Virus record (IMG/VR): IMGVR_UViG_3300032268_000832
Span: 186,001 to 250,000 of that record
Length of the DNA: 64,000 nucleotides
Direction: 5' to 3' (one strand)
A model generated the notes under the pieces. The model was not told the origin of the DNA. It saw only the letters and a list, made by a program, of their open reading frames with translations, and made no database searches. The position numbers were made by a program, and so were the translations under genes. This document shows positions 58,283 through 64,000 of this stretch, piece by piece; position 1 is the first letter of the stretch; each line of letters begins with the position of its first letter.

Positions 58283-58428
58283 TAGGTAAAGAAAGATTAT
58301 TTCAGCAATTTAAATCAACAGCCTCCTAAGCTCGTGGTCGCAGGTTCGAATCCTGTCTAGTTTTTCCTAGGAAAAGCAAGTAGCTCAGTTGGATAGAGCA
58401 CGTATGAAAAAATTAATCTTGTTACCTA
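58283..58428 (+). ncRNA. Y-RNA-like element copy 6 containing a circularly permuted tRNA-Arg(CCT)
   Basis: TAGGTAA-AGA-AAGATTA / TAATCTT-G-TTACCTA, TTCAGCAA; internal order is anticodon arm, T arm, closed acceptor, D arm. Confidence 0.75.
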
Positions 58429-58431
58429 CAT

Positions 58432-58507
58432 ATGAGGATAGCTCAGTTGGTAGAGCGCTCGGTGGTTCGCTGCCGAGAGGTTGCAGGTTCGAGTCCTGCT
58501 CCTTGTA
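58432..58507 (+). ncRNA. tRNA-like RNA with the anticodon loop replaced by a UUCG tetraloop
   Basis: canonical D and T arms; CTCGGTGG-TTCG-CTGCCGAG. Confidence 0.7.
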
Positions 58508-58599
58508 CAAAAAAATTTTTAACTATTATTTAACAAAAAAATTTTGTAGTTACAAAAATACTTAGTATATTTGCATTGTAAAACATAAACAATAACAAA

Positions 58600-59319
58600 A
58601 TGAGTTTTTTTAAAAATCTAATCTTCGCTCAAGATGAAAATCCTAGTGAGGGTACTAGTACACCAGCACCAGTGAAACAACAAACAACAAGTAAGTTTCC
58701 TGATTCTGGTCAAGCAACAACTGTTGCAACACCTGTTTTTTCGTTTCCAAATTCTGAAACGACACCAACACCTACAACCTTTGTTTCTCAAGCAAATGTT
58801 TCTCACGAACACTTAGAGAAAGCTATTGAGTTATATGAAAAGGGTTTTGATTCTTTAAACCAAAATGGTTTTGATTTCTACGAGTTTTTCCAATCAGTAT
58901 CACAAGGTGGTATCGCAAACCCTCAAGTATATACTATGGCTTATGCTATGGGAACAGCAATGGATAAAACTATTAACAAAGAGAAACTTACCTCACAAGC
59001 TGATTACTATATCGCTGAAATTACCAAAGTATACGATGAAAACGTTGCTAAAGGTCAAGGTAAAAAAGAAAGTTTATTGAGACAAAAAGAGTCTGAAAAT
59101 CAAACATTAGCAAATGAGTTAACTATGTTCCAACAACAATTGGAAGCGTTGCAAATTCAAATTGTTGATAGACAAAATAAACTTCAAGCTATCAATGGTA
59201 AATACCAACCACAATTGGATGAAGTTGATAGTAAATTAAATGCCAACACAATTGCCAAGAGTAAAATTGTTGAGGCTATTGAAATTGTAAAATCAGGGAT
59301 TAACACAAACATTAAATAA
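58600..59319 (+). CDS. coiled-coil protein, first gene of the ABC/OmpA operon
   Basis: ORF track; TAnnTTTG promoter upstream. Confidence 0.7.
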   Translation: MSFFKNLIFAQDENPSEGTSTPAPVKQQTTSKFPDSGQATTVATPVFSFPNSETTPTPTTFVSQANVSHEHLEKAIELYEKGFDSLNQNGFDFYEFFQSVSQGGIANPQVYTMAYAMGTAMDKTINKEKLTSQADYYIAEITKVYDENVAKGQGKKESLLRQKESENQTLANELTMFQQQLEALQIQIVDRQNKLQAINGKYQPQLDEVDSKLNANTIAKSKIVEAIEIVKSGINTNIK

Positions 59320-59320
59320 G

Positions 59321-60454
59321 ATGAGTTCACAAACACAATTTAAACAACCAACTACATTAAACGCAAATTTAATGGAGTTACCAATCCTTAAGCACTTTGA
59401 CCAAAATCAAATTGCAACTAAGGTAGACACATTCCGTAAAGGTGAGAAAAATCTTTTCTGGTTCATGAAATTAGCCGCATTTGGTGCTATTGGTTACGGA
59501 TTATGGAAGTATGTATTACCAACCGTATTCCAAGCCATAGGTCATATGTTAGCAGTTGCCGCTACTGGGGTGATGATTGTAGGTCTTATAATCGCAGCAC
59601 CAGTAATTCTTAAAGGGCTTAGAGCCTTGACTAGAAGTCTTCATAAGATGATTATCCGTCACGACCCTTTTGCTCAGTTGGAAATTGAGCGTCATAAGAT
59701 GATTTCTAACCAAACAACATTTAGAGTTGCTAAAGGAAACATTGCTCAGTTAAAAAATGATATGGAATTAGAATCAAGCAGAGCGCAAACAGAAGCTGAG
59801 GAAGGGCAAAAGTCAATTCTTAGACTTCAAGCCAAAGCACAAAAAATCAAAACCAGAATGGACGAAATGGTTCAAAAAGGTGGTGTAGAAGCTAGAGGTG
59901 AAGATGAATATGTAAACTTGGCGTCTGAATTTCAAAAAGTAAACGCTGAAGCATTGCGTGTTTCAAATAAATTAACGCAAGCTAAAGACTTCGTTCAAAA
60001 ATACGGTACACGTGCCAACATCATGAAGAAAATGGGTCAAAAGCTTACAATGGTTGAGACTGCTATGGAGATTAAAATCTCTGACTTTGATGCTACTGTA
60101 GAAATGCTTAAGAAAGACTATGAATTTGGTCAAAAATCTAACGCTGCTACAACTGCCGCTAAAAATGCAATGGGCTTCACCAAAGGATGGGAATTCGATT
60201 ATGCTCTTGACGTTGTAACATCAACGATTGCCGCTGATATCGCGATTACAGCTGGTAACTTGAAAGACATCGAAACGCTTACAACTAACTATACGTTAGA
60301 TTCTGATGAGTTGTTCGCTAACTTGAATGCTGTGGCTGACAAAATCAAAGTTGGTGAAGATATTATTCCAAGTTCAAAACAATACAACAACCCTGAGTAC
60401 GTTTTGTCATCAACTGACAGACAAAAATCAGGTGGGTTTGGTGAGTTGTTCTAA
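59321..60454 (+). CDS. two-TM long coiled-coil protein (PspA-like architecture)
   Basis: two TM helices then extended coiled coil. Confidence 0.65.
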   Translation: MSSQTQFKQPTTLNANLMELPILKHFDQNQIATKVDTFRKGEKNLFWFMKLAAFGAIGYGLWKYVLPTVFQAIGHMLAVAATGVMIVGLIIAAPVILKGLRALTRSLHKMIIRHDPFAQLEIERHKMISNQTTFRVAKGNIAQLKNDMELESSRAQTEAEEGQKSILRLQAKAQKIKTRMDEMVQKGGVEARGEDEYVNLASEFQKVNAEALRVSNKLTQAKDFVQKYGTRANIMKKMGQKLTMVETAMEIKISDFDATVEMLKKDYEFGQKSNAATTAAKNAMGFTKGWEFDYALDVVTSTIAADIAITAGNLKDIETLTTNYTLDSDELFANLNAVADKIKVGEDIIPSSKQYNNPEYVLSSTDRQKSGGFGELF

Positions 60455-60707
60455 TCAAAGATAAAAAAGAACTGTTCGAGTACCTTTTGTTGACCATACA
60501 TCCAAAAGTGAAGTGGTGGACAAAGATACTATAGGATTGGTGAGCCTAGATGAGTAAGTAACAAGTCAGAAGAGTCTTAGACCGTATGGGTAGTTCCTCT
60601 AACTGGCGAACATTAAAAAAACGTTAAATAGAAAAAAAAGATTTGGTACATTAAAAATATGTTTGTATATTTGTACCATAAAACAATAACATTAAAATTT
60701 AAACAAA

Positions 60708-62522
60708 ATGGGAAGAATCCTTAAAATTCAAAAATTGACTACCTTTGCAGAAGGTGTAATTGTTGCTCTTGGAGCAGTATTGGTAATGGGTATCGTGTAC
60801 TTCGTGTCACCAGGCCTACGTGTAGAAGTGTCTAAAACACTTGGTGGTTTAGAGCTTAATTCAGAAACCTTGAACAATGTAACAGCTGGTACTAAATTGC
60901 CGTTGCCATCTAGTACTCCATCAAGTGAAGTTGCTTCAAAAGGTCTTATTAGAATTGCAGAGTATGCATGGAATGGTAACTCTGGTATGATTGTAGCTAA
61001 CGGTGGACCACGCACAACTGAGGGGTCGCTTATGGAAGCCGCAGGTGTAAACTTAGAAATTGTTCGTCAAGACATGGTTGGTGGTTTACGTGATATGCAA
61101 GTAAAATTCGTTGAAGAATTTGATGGTGGTGCCGCTTATCCTAAATCTGATAAATCAGCTGTTGCTGTATCTATCATGGGTGATGGTGTTCCATTCTATA
61201 TCACAACTACACAAAAATCGTTAGATGAAAAATTCGGTAAGGGTAAATACCACGTACAAGCGATTGCACAATATGGTTTATCATACGGTGAAGATAAGCT
61301 TATCGGACCACAAATTTGGAAAGATAACCCTCAATCATTGAAAGGTGCTGTTATTTCTTCTGTAATCGGTGACGGTGACTGGGTTGTAGCTTGTAACTAT
61401 GCGTTCGCTAACAAAATTCCAGTAAATCCAGACCCAAAAACTTACGACCCTAATGCGATTAACTTCGTACCATCACCAAATGATGACTTTATTGAATCTG
61501 TAAAAGACTTGATTAAATCTCAAACAGCTGGTTATACGGTTCCATTAAAAGAGGTTAAAGATGGTAAATTAACTGGTAAGACGGTTAACCGTAAGATTGA
61601 TGGTGCTACTACGTGGACTCCAGGTGATAAGATGGCTTTCGATGCGTTGACTGGTTTCACAGATGTTGTTTCAACAAAAGAGTTTGTGAATCAAATGGCT
61701 ACTACGCTTGTAATTGTTAAAGAGTGGGCTGTACAACACGATAAAGAAGTTATCAATTTATTGAAACAAACTTATGTTGCTTCTAATCAAATCAAACAAT
61801 ACGATGAATGGGCTCGTAAAGCGGCTGAGTGTGTAGCTAAAACATACAACGCAGAAACTGCTGAATACTGGTATAATATGTTCAAAGGACAAAAAGGTAC
61901 CAAAGCTGGTTTAGGTTACGATGTTGGTGGTACAAGAGTATTCAACTATGCTGATGCAATGCAATACAACGGTATCTCTGATGGTAACAACAGATACAAA
62001 GCAGTATATGACCAAGTTTCCGCTTATTTGACTGACTTGAACCCATGTGGTTTCAATGAAACTTGCCCTGAGGGTGTTATACCTTACGATGACGCGGTTA
62101 ACTTATACTTCTTAAAATCAATTAACATTGGTGATGCAGGTAAAACTGAAAAAATATCATATGCTGAAAACAAAACTAAAGTTTTAGCTAGTGGTCAATG
62201 GAACATCAACTTTGCAACTGGTAGTTCAGCTATCCAAGGGTCTGAAAAAGACTTAGAAACGATATATAACTTGTTAGTGCAAGCTGAGGAAGCAAAACTT
62301 AAAGTTGTTGGTCACACTGATAACGTAGGTAACTCAAATTCTAATATGGACTTGTCAAAAGGACGTGCTAACTCTGTAGTTGCATATTTAACAAGTAGAG
62401 GTATCTCTAAAGAACGTTTCCAATTGGTAGACGGAAAAGGTGATACACAACCTATCGGTGATAACAACACTGTATCAGGTAAAGCTAAAAATAGACGTGT
62501 AGAAATTACTCTATTAAAATAG
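60708..62522 (+). CDS. ABC substrate-binding-like domain fused to OmpA C-terminal domain
   Basis: INFATGS, VVGHTDNVG, NMDLSKGRANSV, KNRRVEI. Confidence 0.85.
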   Translation: MGRILKIQKLTTFAEGVIVALGAVLVMGIVYFVSPGLRVEVSKTLGGLELNSETLNNVTAGTKLPLPSSTPSSEVASKGLIRIAEYAWNGNSGMIVANGGPRTTEGSLMEAAGVNLEIVRQDMVGGLRDMQVKFVEEFDGGAAYPKSDKSAVAVSIMGDGVPFYITTTQKSLDEKFGKGKYHVQAIAQYGLSYGEDKLIGPQIWKDNPQSLKGAVISSVIGDGDWVVACNYAFANKIPVNPDPKTYDPNAINFVPSPNDDFIESVKDLIKSQTAGYTVPLKEVKDGKLTGKTVNRKIDGATTWTPGDKMAFDALTGFTDVVSTKEFVNQMATTLVIVKEWAVQHDKEVINLLKQTYVASNQIKQYDEWARKAAECVAKTYNAETAEYWYNMFKGQKGTKAGLGYDVGGTRVFNYADAMQYNGISDGNNRYKAVYDQVSAYLTDLNPCGFNETCPEGVIPYDDAVNLYFLKSINIGDAGKTEKISYAENKTKVLASGQWNINFATGSSAIQGSEKDLETIYNLLVQAEEAKLKVVGHTDNVGNSNSNMDLSKGRANSVVAYLTSRGISKERFQLVDGKGDTQPIGDNNTVSGKAKNRRVEITLLK

Positions 62523-62629
62523 TGTTCGTGTTTTAATTAAAAAGTCCCTGATTAACATCAGGGATTTTTTTTTATTATTATTTGGTAGTTTGAAAAATAA
62601 ATAGTATTTTTGTATAAAATTATAACACA

Positions 62630-63409
62630 ATGAAAAATATAATTAAAATGTTTGTCCCTTTTCAAACAATAAAAGGGTCTGAAAAAACAATAATGCTAAC
62701 AATATGGTTAGTTTCTTTGTTTGCTATTTGGGGTGTTTGTGCTATGGGTACAACGCACTTGTTTCCAACACCGTCACAAGTGTTGAAAGGGTTTGGAACT
62801 ATATGGACTGATGGTCTTATTGTTCATTTATTCAATTCTTTAGCGTTATGTGCTCAAGCTGTTTTAATTTCAGTTTTTATTTCTTTGTTTGTAACTTATT
62901 TAAGTACGTTACCATTCTTTAAGGGTTGGGCTGACTTTATTTCAAAGCTTAGATTCTTACCGCTAGCTGGTATTACATTTTACATCACTATTATCATTTC
63001 TAGTGCAAGAACTATACAAGTATGGGTACTTGTAATGTTTATGTCGACTTATTTGATTACATCGCTTGTACAGATGATTAAAGACATTTCACAAGAAGAA
63101 TTTGACCATGCAAGAACGCTTGGTTGTAACAGATGGGAAATGCTTTGGGAAGTGGTGATTAAAGGACGTTTTGATTACGTATTTGAATTGGTTAGACAAA
63201 ACCTTGCGATTGTATGGATGATGCTTGTAAGTATTGAGAGTATCCTTATCGCTGCTGGTGGTCTTGGTGTTCTTATTAAGAATGGTGATAAGGTTGGTGA
63301 CAACGGACGTGTTATTGCGGTTCAAATTGTGATTATCCTTGTTGGTATCGTGCTTGACTTCTTGTTAACAAAATTAAGAAAATTAATATTCAGGTATTCT
63401 AACTTTTAA
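62630..63409 (+). CDS. ABC transporter permease (NitT/TauT/SsuC-like)
   Basis: FPTPSQV; EAA loop DHARTLGCNRW; GGLG. Confidence 0.85.
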   Translation: MKNIIKMFVPFQTIKGSEKTIMLTIWLVSLFAIWGVCAMGTTHLFPTPSQVLKGFGTIWTDGLIVHLFNSLALCAQAVLISVFISLFVTYLSTLPFFKGWADFISKLRFLPLAGITFYITIIISSARTIQVWVLVMFMSTYLITSLVQMIKDISQEEFDHARTLGCNRWEMLWEVVIKGRFDYVFELVRQNLAIVWMMLVSIESILIAAGGLGVLIKNGDKVGDNGRVIAVQIVIILVGIVLDFLLTKLRKLIFRYSNF

Positions 63410-63420
63410 AATTAAAAATT

Positions 63421-63612
63421 ATGCTGTATGTTTTAATCATTATTATTTGTGGGTTAATTGGTGGTTTAATAGTTATAACTATTGATTATTTGTTTAATTT
63501 ATTTTCTAATAAAAAAAGTAATATAGTTACTTATGAGAAAATAAAACAAACACCTGAACAATTAAAAATTAGTAAACGTTTAGATGAAATGTTAGAAGAG
63601 TTTAAAAAATAA
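63421..63612 (+). CDS. small single-TM protein
   Basis: ORF track. Confidence 0.5.
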   Translation: MLYVLIIIICGLIGGLIVITIDYLFNLFSNKKSNIVTYEKIKQTPEQLKISKRLDEMLEEFKK

Positions 63613-63617
63613 AAATT

Positions 63618-64000
63618 ATGCCGTATACAACAAATGAAACGCTATTATACGTTGATAACGTAAGCGCAGGTTACGATGGGAAAGTCATTATTAAAGACAT
63701 CAACATCATAGAAAGAAATGTAATAAGAAAAGACTTTGATTCAACTGGTCAAGTTATTGCAGTGTTGGGACGTTCAGGTAGAGGTAAGTCTACATTGTTT
63801 AAAGTTCTTACTGGTTTATTAAAACCAATGAGTGGTCAAATATTATTGGCTGATATGGATACTGACGATTCAAGCGATGCTAAACCTTTAGATGAAGGTG
63901 ATGTTGGTTTTGTTGACCAAAAATACACGCTTTTCAGACATAAAACAGTTACTCAGATTTGTCAATACGCTATGCGTAAATCAACTTACCCTAAAGCAGA
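63618..64000 (+). CDS. ABC transporter ATP-binding protein (runs off the window)
   Basis: manual translation MPYTTNETLLYVDNVSAGY..LGRSGRGKSTLFKVLTGL..VGFVDQ. Confidence 0.88.
   Translation, partial: MPYTTNETLLYVDNVSAGYDGKVIIKDINIIERNVIRKDFDSTGQVIAVLGRSGRGKSTLFKVLTGLLKPMSGQILLADMDTDDSSDAKPLDEGDVGFVDQKYTLFRHKTVTQICQYAMRKSTYPKA

Noticed and set aside
60473-60612. SAM-I riboswitch or hammerhead ribozyme
   Set aside because: Core consensus nucleotides could not be matched.
76-63325. Antisense and alternate-frame ORFs inside larger genes (for example 1739, 2540, 17617, 18097, 37801, 60728)
   Set aside because: Shadow ORFs of well-supported genes with no recognisable motifs.
1-64000. Genome-wide stop codon reassignment (code 15 or code 4)
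   Set aside because: Long genes are intact in code 11, TAG ends several genes and Trp is encoded by TGG. Internal stops were seen only in the release factor, the Pth2 gene and one mini-ORF.
1-64000. CRISPR array or rRNA
   Set aside because: No regularly spaced repeat-spacer units and no rRNA-like sequence were seen.

Overview
AT-rich, mostly plus-strand segment of a large (jumbo-type) bacteriophage. Abundant TAnnTTTG promoters point to a Bacteroidota host. The window is a translation and tRNA maintenance island with about 30 tRNA or tRNA-like genes, a tmRNA next to ClpP, a class I release factor, two Pth2-like proteins, a CCA-adding enzyme, a kinase-2H phosphoesterase, two RNA ligases and a Ro60/TROVE-like DUF2828 protein. 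It also carries RNase HII, DnaJ, DNA ligase, WGR-PARP, NUDIX and HD hydrolases, homing endonucleases, a minus-strand cassette of secreted or surface proteins and an ABC transporter operon. Main discovery: each of three tRNA operons is preceded by an unannotated leader peptide and an intrinsic terminator with an antiterminator. Each leader's codon run matches the tRNAs encoded downstream (I/N/H/M/S/W/R; L/V/C; F/D/A/E), which suggests ribosome-mediated attenuators that switch on replacement tRNAs when those tRNAs are depleted. Further findings are a release factor gene with two in-frame TGA codons, an amber suppressor tRNA beside a Pth2 gene with TAG at codon 3, and a six-copy Y-RNA-like family, one copy holding a permuted tRNA. 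Five class I tRNAs carry long variable arms, and unrelated proteins share an N-terminal IKxLLRE signal. All structures were read by eye and product calls rest on recognised motifs; no searches were run.
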